Assembly: GCA_002269645.1 (NCBI GenBank)
Contig: NIVC01000598.1
Location: forward strand, 798,007 to 862,006
DNA from: Macrostomum lignano
Taxonomy: Eukaryota
Direction of reading: 5' to 3'
DNA length: 64,000 bases
Numbering within the stretch: the first letter of the stretch is position 1; the number at the start of each line of letters is the position of its first letter. Made by a program: the position numbers and the translations under genes. The notes below the pieces were generated by a model. The model was not told the DNA's origin, did not search any database, and worked only from the letters and a program-made list of their open reading frames with translations. Below are positions 13,001 through 43,897 of this stretch, piece by piece.

Positions 13001-15951
13001 CTGAGGGAGCGGAGAGAGGCAGATTCAATGACTGAGGGAGCGGAGAGAGGCAGATTCAATGACTGAGGGAGCGGAGAGAGGCAGATTCAATGACTGAGGG
13101 AGCGGAGAGAGGCAGATTCAATGACTGAGGGAGCGGAGAGAGGCAGATTCAATGACTGAGGGAGCGAGAGAGGCAGATTCAATGACTGAGGGAGCGGAGA
13201 GAGGCAGATTCAATGACTGAGGGAGCGGAGAGAGGCAGATTCAATGACTGAGGGAGCGGAGAGAGGCAGATTCAATGACTGAGGGAGCGAGAGAGGCAGA
13301 TTCAATGACTGAGGGAGAGGAGAGAGGCAGATTCAATGACTGAGGGAGCGAGAGAGGCAGATTCAATGACTGAGGGAGCGAGAGAGGCAGATTCAATGAC
13401 TGAGGGAGAGGAGAGAGGCAGATTCAATATGGTTGAGGGAGCGGAGAGAGGCAGATTCAATGACTGAGGGAGCAGAGAGGCAGATTCAATGACTGAGGGA
13501 GACGAGAGAGGCAGATTCAATGACTGAGAGAGAGGAGAGAGGCAGATTCAATGACTGAGGGAGCGGAGAGAGGCAGATTCAATGACTGAGGGAGACGAGA
13601 GAGGCAGATTCAATGACTGAGGGAGCGGAGAGAGGCAGATTCAATGACTGAGGGAGCGGAGAGAGGCAGATTCAATGACTGAGGGAGCGGAGAGAGGCAG
13701 ATTCAATGACTGAGGGAGCGGAGAGAGGCAGATTCAATGACTGAGGGAGCGGAGAGAGGCAGATTCAATGACTGAGGGAGCGGAGAGAGGCAGATTCAAT
13801 GACTGAGGGAGCGGAGAGAGGCAGATTCAATGACTGAGGGAGCGGAGAGAGGCAGATTCAATGACTGAGGGAGCAGAGAGGCAGATTCAATGACTGAGGG
13901 AGAGGAGAGAGGCAGATTCAATGACTGAGGGAGAGGAGAGAGGCAGATTCAATGACTGAGGGAGCGGAGAGAGGCAGATTCAATGACTGAGGGAGACGAG
14001 AGAGGCAGATTCAATGACTGAGGGAGCGGAGAGAGGCAGATTCAATGACTGAGGGAGCGGAGAGAGGCAGATTCAATGGCTGAGGGAGCGGAGAGAGGCA
14101 GATTCAATGACTGAGGGAGCGGAGAGAGGCAGATTCAATGACTGAGGGAGCGGAGAGAGGCAGATTCAATGACTGAGGGAGAGGAGAGAGGCAGATTCAA
14201 TGACTGAGGGAGCGGAGAGAGGCAGATTCAATGACTGAGGGAGCGGAGAAAGGCAGATTCAATGACTGAGGGAGCGGAGAGAGGCAGATTCAATGACTGA
14301 GGGAGCGGAGAGAGGCAGATTCAATGACTGAGGGAGCGGAGAGAGGCAGATTCAATGACTGAGGGAGCGGAGAGAGGCAGATTCAATGACTGAGGGAGCG
14401 GAGAGAGGCAGATTCAATGACTGAGGGAGCGAGAGAGGCAGATTCAATGACTGAGGGAGCGGAGAGAGGCAGATTCAATGACTGAGGGAGCGGAGAGAGG
14501 CAGATTCAATGACTGAGGGAGAGGAGAGAGGCAGATTCAATGACTGAGGGAGCGGAGAGAGGCAGATTCAATGACTGAGGGAGAGGAGAGAGGCAGATTC
14601 AATGACTGAGGGAGAGGAGAGAGGCAGATTCAATGACTGAGGGAGCGGAGAGAGGCAGATTCAATGACTGAGGGAGAGGAGAGAGGCAGATTCAATGACT
14701 GAGGGAGCGGAGAGAGGCAGATTCAATGACTGAGGGAGCGGAGAGAGGCAGATTCAATGACTGAGGGAGAGGAGAGAGGCAGATTCAATGACTGAGGGAG
14801 AGGAGAGAGGCAGATTCAATGACTGAGGGAGCGGAGAGAGGCAGATTCAATGACTGAGGGAGAGGAGAGAGGCAGATTCAATGACTGAGGGAGAGGAGAG
14901 AGGCAGATTCAATGACTGAGGGAGAGGAGAGAGGCAGATTCAATGACTGAGGGAGCGGAGAGAGGCAGATTCAATGACTGAGGGAGAGGAGAGAGGCAGA
15001 TTCAATGACTGAGGGAGCGGAGAGAGGCAGATTCAATGACTGAGGGAGAGGAGAGAGGCAGATTCAATGACTGAGGGAGAGGAGAGAGGCAGATTCAATG
15101 ACTGAGGGAGAGGAGAGGCAGATTCAATGACTGAGGGAGCGAGAGAGGCAGATTCAATGACTGAGGGAGCGAGAGAGGCAGATTCAATGACTGAGGGAGA
15201 GGAGAGAGGCAGATTCAATATGGTTGAGGGAGCGGAGAGAGGCAGATTCAATGACTGAGGGAGCAGAGAGGCAGATTCAATGACTGAGGGAGCAGAGAGG
15301 CAGATTCAATGACTGAGGGAGAGGAGAGAGGCAGATTCAATGACTGAGGGAGCGGAGAGAGGCAGATTCAATGACTGAGGGAGCGGAGAGAGGCAGATTC
15401 AATGACTGAGGGAGCGAGAGAGGCAGATTCAATGACTGAGGGAGCGGAGAGAGGCAGATTCAATGACTGAGGGAGCGGAGAGAGGCAGATTCAATGACTG
15501 AGGGAGCGGAGAGAGGCAGATTCAATGACTGAGGGAGCGAGAGAGGCAGATTCAATGACTGAGGGAGCGGAGAGAGGCAGATTCAATGACTGAGGGAGCG
15601 AGAGAGGCAGATTCAATGACTGAGGGAGCAGAGAGGCAGATTCAATGACTGAGGGAGAGGAGAGAGGCAGATTCAATGACTGAGGGAGCAGAGAGGCAGA
15701 TTCAATGACTGAGGGAGCGGAGAGAGGCAGATTCAATGACTGAGGGAGCAGAGAGGCAGATTCAATGACTGAGGGAGAGGAGAGAGGCAGATTCAATGAC
15801 TGAGGGAGCGGAGAGAGGCAGATTCAATGACTGAGGGAGCGGAGAGGCAGATTCAATGACTGAGGGAGCGAGAGAGGCAGATTCAATGACTGAGGGAGCG
15901 GAGAGGCAGATTCAATGACTGAGGGAGCAGAGAGGCAGATTCAATGACTGA
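10064..15951. repeat. 31-bp satellite array, ~190 copies (5.9 kb)
   Basis: Unit GAGAGGCAGATTCAATGACTGAGGGAGCGGA with 29-30-bp variants. Confidence 0.97.
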
Positions 15952-16873
15952 TTGATAAAATAAAAAGTCAGTTTCATTTTTCTGTATTTTTCTTTTGTTT
16001 TAGCGAATCAACGCTTGAAGCGAAGTGAAGTGACCAGTTGAAAAATTTCAGATTTATTTTAATTTTTGCTTCTAATGGAAGCGAGAAAAAGGTACGTTTT
16101 GTAAGAATAGAAATTGAAAACTATGTTGCAAATTTCTTATTTTATGCTCTTGGAATTGAAAAAGCGAAGCTAAGCATAATAATGAAGCATATAGAATTTA
16201 GCTAATAATTTTTGCAGCCTAATTTAAGCTACATCATCCGGCAGGCGCGGGGGGAATTACAGTACGATTTTTTCTAAGAAACGATATGAAAGTGTTGAGT
16301 AGGAAAATGTGAACTAAAAATTGAAAGCATAAAGAATTAAAGTTACAACAGAGGAGTGAATGTGAAAGAAAAAACGGGGATTTTATACTACCGTAGGCTG
16401 ATTGATCAATAAAATTGTGGATAAAAAACGGGACCAGACTGCATTTTATTGGCTGGAAGCTAAATTTGACCTTTTACATCACGCTATCAGTGCGTGACTG
16501 ATTTTATATATAGTTTTCTCATCTTCCCAAGGTCAAACTGAGACAGACAGCCAATTAAGATAAAACGAATCTGGCCTGCTACGGAAATCCCACGTCAAGT
16601 GGGTGTTTTCCCAGTTCTAAAATTAGCTATCTATAATAGAAAAGCTGGGGCTACACTGAATGTGCGAAAAATAAGCACAATATGACGCTTATAAAATAAT
16701 TCATAGCTGTGCATATAATTATTATTATGACTAGCTATGTACCAACTATAGGTCGCAGCAACTAAAAAGCAATGTGTTTACCTCTCGAACAGCAGAAGCA
16801 AAAATCGTGATCATTACATCGAAAAAATATTATTCTCCCAGTCGAAGGACGACCGTTTTAGCGGGCCTTTAAA

Positions 16874-17072
16874 AATATCTATTCTTTCTGCCCATTCTAC
16901 CGACTGCTGGCACATAAAAGCGCACGGGTATTGTACGCAGGCCCAAGACTTTTTAATCGTCAGGCATGTACATTCTCTGTGCCTTGGGGGGGGGGTTGAA
17001 TGTACGCAGCGCGCGGAATCGAGCCAGAGGGTCGTGGCGAGAGAGTCGGACGTGTTCACCGCTGTCCCTACA
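16874..17072 (-). mobile_element. Possible second tRNA-derived SINE family copy
   Basis: Minus strand has A-box-like TAGGGACAGCGG and B-box-like GGCTCGATTCC; 50-bp segment 16941-16990 matches 48670-48719 at 41/50. Confidence 0.35.
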
Positions 17073-17210
17073 ATTGTACCATAATTGTTTCTAGAGATTA
17101 CTTTCGCCTAGAACTGCAGCACAGTTTGCCAATTACCGGTCTTGTAGCAACGGGTCAAAACCTCAGTTGAAATTCGTTAATTTACTGGTTACGGTCGAAC
17201 TCGTTTTTGC

Positions 17211-34900
<17,690 letters not shown>

Positions 34901-35744
34901 TATCAATTGAATTTTTTGTTTTTCTAGTATGATACGACACGAGCATCTATAATGAACAACGCGCGTGAACCTGTTTTATGCTGATTTTAAGCTCGTGCGA
35001 AATTTTATTTTCGACCGTGAAAGCACCATAACAAAATTCCCAAATATGTTATCTTGATATTTCTATTAATGATATTATTTATTTATTCTGTGTCACCTTT
35101 TAAAAATTATGAAAATATGTATATTTTCATTTGGAGTCTTGTAGAGAAATTTTTTTCGAAAAAGACAGCTCGCTATCTCTATAATTGCTTTGGATATGAT
35201 TGTTAAGGTATATTCGTACCCTCAAAAGAAGCCATGCCAAAAATCACTAGACGAAACTTAAATATTGTATAACTCTACAGAATTCCATAAATAAATTTCA
35301 ATCAACACAAATTTCAACACAAAATCATGACTGCAGTCTGGCTCAAATTTGCTATTTTGTGCTATTTGTATCTCATTTTTTTTTTTGCTTTTGATCGAAC
35401 TGTAATCTTCCTTTGCAATTTTTATCAGAAAAGATAAGCCAGCCCAGGACGTTAATTATATACTTAAGATAGAATCCGATTACAAACTTCACCATTGGTA
35501 TTTAGCAGAGTTACAAGCATAGTATAACAAAAGAAAAGACTTTTTTATCTGATCGATGTAAACAATATGAAGCAATGGTTTACATATGCATACATGTAGC
35601 TGTAATCAAGTCAACCAATAAATACGTTACAATTGTATATCAAACTGAATTAATGAATCCTAATAATTACGAATCTTTGATACCAAAGCAAGGCTGTACT
35701 ATCTTAAGTTTTCAGAGCAGGGCCAAGTAAATATATTAGCTTTG

Positions 35745-36780
35745 TTAGGCAGCCGCGGAAGCGCGGCTTGTCAAAAATTGAGTAGATCGCTCAATTGGAT
35801 CCACGCGGTGTCTTACCATGCAAAATATTGAGTCTTCGCAGTAAGAGACCGTCAAAACGGCAAAGAGAGTGGAATGGAAAACGCTCTCCAACAGTGCACA
35901 GCTCTGCGCTTGAGCCGCGAGCCCTAGGGCAAATGATTATGTTGAATTTCATCTACTCCAAGTAAGTTATGCCGACTAGTGCAGCATTCTTGTGCACTGC
36001 AGCTTGAAAAGACGCGCCAAAAAGTGTGCAGCTCTGCCTTTCTTTTAGCCGACATGTTTAGAACGCGCCGCTTAATCTCTAACTATAAAAATCAAAACTA
36101 TGTCTGTGTGTCTGTCTGTCTGTCTGTCTGTGTGTCTGTGGACAATTTTGATCGCTATGGACTCCCAAACTGCTCAACCAAATTACACCAAACTTTACAC
36201 CCACCCTAAACTTACTACGGAGAATGTCTTAGGCTACCTTTTAATTTCCTAGACTCAAGTCTTCCTACCTAAAAGTACAAAAAACTGCTCAAAATGCGCG
36301 ATTTTTTCACTAAATCCTCCATAGCGACGCTCCACTTTTACCGATTCTGTTCAAATTTGACACAGGCAATTTTCAACTATTTTGACACAATCGTGTAAAA
36401 TTTCAAATCTCAAAGTTAATCCTGAACGGCGCTGTGCACTTTTAAAGTTTGGCTGTTTTTTTCAGCGAGACAGCCACCCCAACCTCCGCCCGCCTGCCTC
36501 TTTCCCGATCTGGGCAAAGGGTGTAAATGGGTTTTAAAATGACTAACTTTCGGCTGCCATAAGTTTGCTCCACGCGAAGCGATTGACTTCTAACTTAACA
36601 CAATTCTTCTTTGATTCATTCTCTGTCTAAATGTAAAGTTTCAACTCTCTAACTCAATCAGAACAGAAACTGTAAGCATGTGAAGTTTGTCTGCTTTTTC
36701 TGTTGTTTGTGCCACTCACTCACTCATTCCCCCAGAGCCAGAAGAAGGGTCAGGCGATAGGGCTTAATGTATATAGCGAA
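35745..36780. mobile_element. Possible non-autonomous Helitron/Helentron-type (HINE-like) element
   Basis: GC hairpin GCCGCG-GAAG-CGCGGC near 35751, internal (GTCT)n microsatellite at 36101-36138, then ACCAAATTACACCAAACTT-type motifs reminiscent of such elements; boundaries uncertain. Confidence 0.3.
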
Positions 36781-37329
36781 TGTACAGTGTTTTGGAATAA
36801 CTTTATTTATAGCCTTCTCTGCACACCGAGAGTGGAGAGGCTACGTTTAGCCATGACAGTTTAGTGAGAAATTCTAACCACTGCCCTCCCCTCTGTATTG
36901 GCAAACTCTGCAGCAGTTTAACAGTGGATGGCAATTGGCAATTGGCAAATCGAGGGAATCCACTATCCAGCATGGTTTGTAAAAGCGAAAGATTTATGAA
37001 AAGGCGATGCAATGCAATACAACCCTACTAAATTAGTCACACCATGGAAATTTTAGGTTTCTCTTAAAAGTACTTTAAATATTTAATGTCCTAAGAAATG
37101 CTTATTTCCTTGGTTGTTAGACTGATGCAGACTGCAGTGGAGCTGAAAATACACAAATTCCTTTCAGGGCTGAAAATTGGCAAGAAAAATGACGTGATCA
37201 AAGCATGAGAACAGCCATGAGAGTAGTACGTCCCACAAACTGCATGGCTTACCAAGCAGGAATGGGCAGACTTTTACTTCAAAAGCCAGATAAAGAATCC
37301 AGCTTATGTGCGGGCCAGATGAGAGTGGA

Positions 37330-38167
37330 AAGGAGAAGGAATAGACTATTAGAAGAGAGGAGAGGCGAGAGGGGGATATGAGAAAACATGGAATATAAGA
37401 GGAGAGACAAGTGGTGAGGAGAGAGCAGAGAAGAAGGGAGGAAGAAGTGAGAGGAGGGGAGAAAGGAGGGAGAGGAAAGAGTAAAGGCGAGAAGAGGGGA
37501 GAGATGAGACAGAGGATCGATGAGAGGAGAGTAGAGAAGAGTGAGAAGAGATGAGAGGAGATGAGAGATGAGAGAGCAGAAAGAAGATGACAGAGGGTCA
37601 AGAGGAGATGAGAGATTAGAGAGGAGAGAGTAGAAAGGATAGAAAAGAGAGGAGATAAGAGGGGAGAGAAGAGGTGAGAAGAGAAGAGATAGAGATAAGA
37701 GAGGGGTGTAAGAAGAGGGGAGAAAGGAGAGATGAGAGAGTAAAGGGAAGAGGAGGAGAGAGGAAAGAGATGAGATTGTAAAGATGAGACAGATCAAAGA
37801 AGTGATGAGAGATGAAAAAGGTGAGAGGAGAGTGCAGAGAGACGAGAGAAGATATAGAGGAGAGAGAGTATAGAAAGGGAAAAGAAAAGAAGAGAGGAGT
37901 AAGGAAAGAGAGGAGTGAGAAGAGGTGAAGAGAAGAGTACAGAGGAGATAAGTGAGAGAACGTATAAGAGAGTAAAGATGACAGATGAGAGAGCAGATGA
38001 ACAGACGAGAGATGGGAGAGTGGAGAGAACAGAGGAGAGATAAGAGAGAAGAGATTACAGAGACTAGAGGAGAGAGGAGAGACAGGGAGAGAGAAGAGGA
38101 AACAGGAGAATGAAGAGGGGAGAGAGTAGAGAGGAGAAGAGAGATGGGAGAGGAGAAGAGAGATGGG

Positions 38168-38256
<89 letters not shown>

Positions 38257-38880
38257 CAGAGCAGAGAGAAACGAGAAGAGATAAGAGAGAAAATATAAAA
38301 GAAGAAAAAGGAGAGATGAAAGAGCGGACAAGAGAGAAGAGAGGTGAGGGAAGAGACGAGCGACGAGGGGAGAGAGAAGAGATAAGACAAGAAAAGAGAT
38401 GAGAGGAAAGAGAGAGAGGAAAGAGGTGAGGGAAGAGACGAGAGAAGAGAGGAGAGAGGAGAGAGAGAGGAAAGAGTAGAGAGGAGAGATGAGAGAGTAG
38501 AGGAGAGAGTTAAGAGAAGAGAGAAAAGAATAGAGAGGAGAAGGAAGAGACGAGAGAAGAGGGGAGAGAGGAGAGAGAGAGGAAAGAGTAGAGAGGAGAG
38601 ATGAGAGAGTAGAGGAGAGAGTTAAGAGAAGAGAGAGAAGAATAGAGAGGAGAAGGAAGAGCCGAGAGAAAAGGGGAGAGAAGAGAGAGGAGAGGAGAGA
38701 GAAAACGAAAGAGTAGAGAGGAGAGAGGAGAGCAGAGAGAAAAGAATAGGGAAGAGATGAGATAAGAGAGATGAAAGAGAAGAGAGATGAGGGAAGATAC
38801 GAAAGAAGAGAGGAGAGAAGAGAGAGGAGATACGAGAGACGAGGGATGAGAGAGAAGAAAGGAAACAGAAGAGACGATAG
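37330..38880. repeat. Degenerate polypurine (GA-rich) tract with a pure (GA)n core at ~38170-38250
   Basis: Near-absence of pyrimidines on the + strand over 1.5 kb. Confidence 0.9.
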
Positions 38881-39383
38881 AAATTTTAAAGGATCCAAGG
38901 GACATAGGGAGAGTCAGGGAGAGGCCAGATTTTGCCAATACATGTTTTAGAGTCAGACAGACATTGCCTGGCATTCTGTGGAGTACCCTAGCATTCCAAC
39001 AAACAATATCAACGTTTGCCTCAAAACCTAATTTTACACAAATGTGCTCCATTTTATGTCTACCTCTATCCTACGAACTATTAACAAGCTTTTGTTTGTT
39101 TATGGCCTTAGATTTCAGAATACATGCAAAAGTAGTTCCGGGGATTGGAATTCCCGGGTTCAAAATCCGCGGGTTTCAACAGCTTGTTGATTCATATAAA
39201 TCAAGAAAAAATTCCCGTGTGAGAGATTGAGATACTCGTAAAACTATTGTAGTGCATCGCGTCATCACGTGCAAAAGTGCGCATGTAAACTTGATCGATT
39301 CGAAGGGATCATAGTACTGTATTAATGCGTGCAGTAGCTGGAATTAGTTAATGATGAGTGCGAGGCAGTAAAAGATGCAAAAA

Positions 39384-39542
39384 GACAACAGCATTTGGTC
39401 AACGACCCAACTGTAACTTCTAGTGGTCCTTGCATTTGGTATTCCCAGGCGGTCACCCATCCAAGTACTAACCAAACCCAAAGTTACTTAATTTCGATGA
39501 TCAGACGAGAACCGGTGTTTGCAACGTGGTATGGCCGTTGCC
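39384..39542 (-). rRNA. 5S rRNA gene copy, diverged and interrupted by a 41-nt insertion (probably a pseudogene)
   Basis: Minus strand reads GGCAACGGCCATACCACG...TTAGTACTTGGATGGGTGACCGCCTGGGAATACCAAATGC-[32 nt]-ACCAAATGC-TGTTGTC then TTTTT. Removing the insert gives 118 nt with helix I closed and a Pol III T5 terminator. Confidence 0.9.
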
Positions 39543-39952
39543 ACTGGCTGTTGACAATATTGTATTGACATTTTTCCATACACTTGCGTCTTCTACAATA
39601 AATTTTCTTTCAAAAACCCGTGTCTTTGTTCCAAGTAATGTCTTTGCCGGTCGGTGAATTAGTTTGGCAATTTTAATCAATCAAATTTCTGCTGCAGCCT
39701 CCGCTCTGAATGGCCCTGGCCGCCCCATCTGCTCAGCTATTGAGGCGAAGGAGTCGCTCTGCAAAAGTGAGACGAGTTGCTAAGAAACAACTTTTTTTTC
39801 AGAACTGGCGCCATCTGGGGGTGAATTTTAGGACAAACCGAATGCATGGAACTGGAGAAGGTAGCCAGTGTTTAATTGAATTCGGCTGCTTGGTCCGAAG
39901 TCTGGAGTCGTTCGGATAATAAACTTGATGCGTCTGACACTGACTTCTGAAG

Positions 39953-40977
39953 TGAGGCACTCCTGACACTCAAAGTGAGACACTCCTGACTCCCAAAGTG
40001 AGGCACTCCTGACACACAAAGTGAGGACACTCCTGACACCCAAATTGAGGCACTCCTGACACCCAAAGTGAGACACTCCTGACACCCAAATTGAGGCACT
40101 CCTGACACCCAAAGTGAGACACTGCTGACACCCAAAGTGAGGCACTCCTGACTCCCAAAGTGAGGCACTCCTGACTTCAAAAAGTGAGGCACTCCTGACA
40201 CCCAAAGTGAGGCACTCCTGACTCCCAAAGTGAGGCACTCCTGACTCCCAAAGTGAGGCACTCCTGACACCCAAATTGAGGCACTCCTGACACCCAAAGT
40301 GAGACACTCCTGACACCCAAATTGAGGCACTCCTGACACCCAAATTGAGGCACTCCTGACACCCAAATTGAGGCACTCCTGACACCCAAAGTGAGACACT
40401 GCTGACACCCAAAGTGAGGCACTCCTGACTCCCAAAGTGAGGCACCTGACATCCAAAGTGAGGCACTCCTGACTCCCAAAGTGAGGCACTCCTGACACCC
40501 AAAGTGAGGCACTCCTGACTCCAAAAAGTGAGGCACTCCTGACACCCAAAGTGAGGCACTCCTGACTCCCAAAGTGAGGCACTCCTGACACCCAAAGTGA
40601 GACACTCCTGACAAACAAAGTGAGACACTGCTGACACCAAAAGTGAGACACTGCTGACACCCAAAGGGAGGCACTCCTGACACCCAAAGTGAGACACTCC
40701 TGACACCCAAAGTGAGGCACTCCTGACACCCAAAGTGAGACACTGCTGACAACCAAAGTGAGGCACTCCTGACACCCAAAGTGAGGCACTCCTGACACCC
40801 AAAGTGAGACACTCCTGACAACCAAAGTGAGGCACTCCTGACACCCAAAGTGAGACACTGCTGACAACCAAAGTGAGGCACTCCTGACACCCAAAGTGAG
40901 ACACTGCTGACACCCAAATTGAGGCACTCCTGACTCCCAAAGTGAGGCACCTGACACCCAAAGTGAGGCACCTGACA
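39953..40977. repeat. 23-bp minisatellite, ~45 copies
   Basis: Unit GAGGCACTCCTGACACCCAAAGT. Confidence 0.95.
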
Positions 40978-41373
40978 GGAAACATTAGCTCCAAACGCGG
41001 TTGACCTCGTGTTCACATCCAGGTCTTTTGTCATTCCGTCATTTACACAAGAAACTGATTACAAGAGTTGACAACAGTTCGCACACATTCAGAGCAACTC
41101 CCGCGCCTCATATTGGGATTTGGTGGAAATTAATCACCTATAGAATTGATTAATGGTCAGTCAGTTTGAGCACACTGTACGACCCTAGATAACTTCCAGT
41201 CACTCCACCTGTCACTTTTAAGCTCCGATACGACTGTCTTGAAGAATTGTGCAAACCGAACAAACTTGGTGTCTTTATTACTTTGATCTGCCGGCCGAAA
41301 TGATCTGATCTGTTTGCTCTGGCGGAGCAGTATCTTTACCCAGCCATCTAGCTGTCAGTGTGTGAGACTCCAT

Positions 41374-41498
41374 TATAAATAGGCTGACTACAAGCCAGGC
41401 AACAAGAGAATCTGGTCCGCCATCAGCTTCAGAAATTATTCCATGACTTGCTAGACAAAGGAAAAGCTTTTAAGCATTCGCAAAGTCAGTTAACTAAG
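41374..41498 (+). promoter_or_regulatory. Candidate TATA box plus short non-coding first exon (possibly of the LDB gene)
   Basis: TATAAAT at 41374-41380; strong donor AAG|GTGAGT at 41498/41499; the link to LDB is inference only. Confidence 0.25.
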
Positions 41499-42221
41499 GT
41501 GAGTGCCATTCATTTGCAATTTGCTAGCTACTGTTAGTAGTTTAATCAGGTAATATAAAATTTATAGTGGCAGATCATACCATATTCTGATTGGGCTACA
41601 GTTTACTCATCCATTTCCCTATGAGTAAAACACTGTCCGGCCAAACAAGCTCTGAAAGGCTACCCCCCCCCCCCAGTTTTAAAGGCATAATGTGTGGCGC
41701 GCGACTTGCTGGTAGAAGATTTATTAAGCTGCTGAGGGGTTGGGATGGCTGAGGCTGCTGTGGAAGGCTGCACAAGTCAGCGCAGTCCCTGGGCTACCAG
41801 GGTTTACAGGTTCTCACGACTTGGGCTCGCATCTCTACTCCCCCCCTCTCTCTCTCCCTAATACAACGATATCCTCCAAAGCTTTCCTGACATTTCCAAC
41901 ACGGAATTTTGGAGGAGGGGGGGGGCGGGGGAGGCTGCTGGCCTGCAGCTTCCTTCCATTCTTCATCTTCTCTTATAATTTCCCTTTACCAACCCACCCA
42001 GCCCATTCCGGGGAGAGAAGAGGAACGGGCAGGCGGATTCACGCGCGCGCTTGTCTCTGAGCTCAGCTCACCCCCTCCCCACTCGTCCCAGTCCTGTGCG
42101 ACTGGCCCAGCCTTCGTCGACTAGGGGTCATGTAGGCTTAAAAGCAAGGATCTGGAGTGCTAAACTCATCCATCCTCAAGCCTGCATTGTGGCAATTGAA
42201 TGAATTTATCCTGAAAGTTTC

Positions 42222-42881
42222 TGACACCCAAAGTGAGACACTTCTGACACCCAAAGTGAGGCACTCCTGACATCCAAAGTGAGGCACTCCTGACACCCAA
42301 AGTGAGGCACTCCTGACATCCAAAGTGAGACACTCCTGACACCCAAAGTGAGACACCCTTGACACCCAAAGTGAGACACTCTTGACACCCAAAGTGAGGC
42401 ACTCCTGACACCCAAAGTGAGACACTGCTGACACAAATATTGAGACACTGCTGACACCCAAAGTGAGACACTGCTGACACCCCAAATGAGACACTGCTGA
42501 CACCCAAAGTGAGGACACTCCTGACACCCAAAGTGAGACACTGCTGACACCCAAAGTGAGACACTGCTGACACAAATATTGAGACACTGCTGACACCCAA
42601 AGTGAGACACTGCTGACACCCAAAGTGAGACACTGCTGACACCCAAAGTGAGACACTGCTGACACCCAAAGTGAGACACTGCTGAGACCCAAAGTGAGAC
42701 ACTGCTGAGACCCAAAGTGAGACACTGCTGACACCCAAAGTGAGACACTGCTGACACCCAAAGTGAGACACTGCTGACACAAAAATTGAGACACTGCTGA
42801 CACCCAAAATGAGGCACTCTTGACACCCAAAGTGAGGCACTGCTGAGACCCAAAGTGAGGCACTCCTGACATCTAAAGTGA
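42222..42881. repeat. 23-bp minisatellite, same family as 39953-40977
   Basis: GAGACACTGCTGACACCCAAAGT is the dominant variant. Confidence 0.95.
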
Positions 42882-43897
42882 GCAATTGAATTGAACAATT
42901 TGATTTAATTAAAGAATTTTGGTTGCATCCGCAGTATCTGTCCTCCTAGCTTCATCCTAAACAAAAACTGATAATTTGTGGACGAGTTAGTAGTCCAATC
43001 CAGACTCTGGTTTAAGGCGTCCTTGACTGGGATAGAGGGATGGAGGAGAGACAGACGGTCCCAGCACCAACACTTCCTCTTTGCCCTCCTCTAAATCTCT
43101 CTCTTACTGGGTGTGCGGTAAGAGAAATGCTGAGGCAGACAGGCGGCAGAAGGCAACCAGCCACCCTTCTCCAGCTTTCTCCAGCTCAGAATCAACCTGC
43201 TTTAAACTGTTGTTAGTGCAGCATGTTGCTGCTGCTGCTGTGTGTGTGCATGGCGACTCCACTTGCTACACGAGGTGATGAGGAGAGACGAGATAGCGTA
43301 GACAGCCTCAGAACACACACTGTTCTGGGCCAACAATAATCTTCTAAATAAGTGCATTGTACTGAAGTAATACAAAATTGTTGATAATACTAGTATTTTG
43401 AAATAAGTCTGAGGGGAGGGGTTGGTGACAAGGTTAAAAAGACAAAGCCACTCTCTAATAATTGAAACTTTCTAAATCCCGAGGCAGAGTTGCCGGGCCA
43501 TGGTCGGTGCAGTCCACACTGGCCTCCTGCCCCTGCTCTTCTCTCTTTGCCTAGAGTTTCTGCCCTCCCCTCCCCAACTCCCCACCCCCAGACCATGCTG
43601 CTCAGCTCCCACCTTCTCACACGTCTCCCCCTCCTCCCCGCACTGCCGTCTCCCCCCCCCTGACTCCCAGCCCCTCGGCTCCCATAAAGCCATCGCCACC
43701 TTGCCAGTCAACAAGCAGCCATTCGGAATTATTTTCCGAGAGAGGCGCGAGTGTCTCGGACAGTCAATAGGCGTGTTGGCACAGTTAGGTACTACTAATC
43801 TCCATGGCTGCCCAGCATCCTAACCGGGCTTCATCGCCAACTCGAGCTCGAGTCTGAACAGAAGTTTTTGCCTCCCTAACAACCGCTAAACTCGACA

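Noticed and set aside
10064-15951. CRISPR array (31-bp repeats)
   Set aside because: Head-to-tail tandem with no unique spacers, in a eukaryotic context with no cas genes; the same holds for all other arrays.
37279-38898. 539-aa Leu/Ser-rich membrane protein
   Set aside because: Translation of the complement of a GA-rich tract.
39828-42898. Cys-rich repeat proteins (GCQECLTL)
   Set aside because: 23-bp intergenic array open in all three frames.
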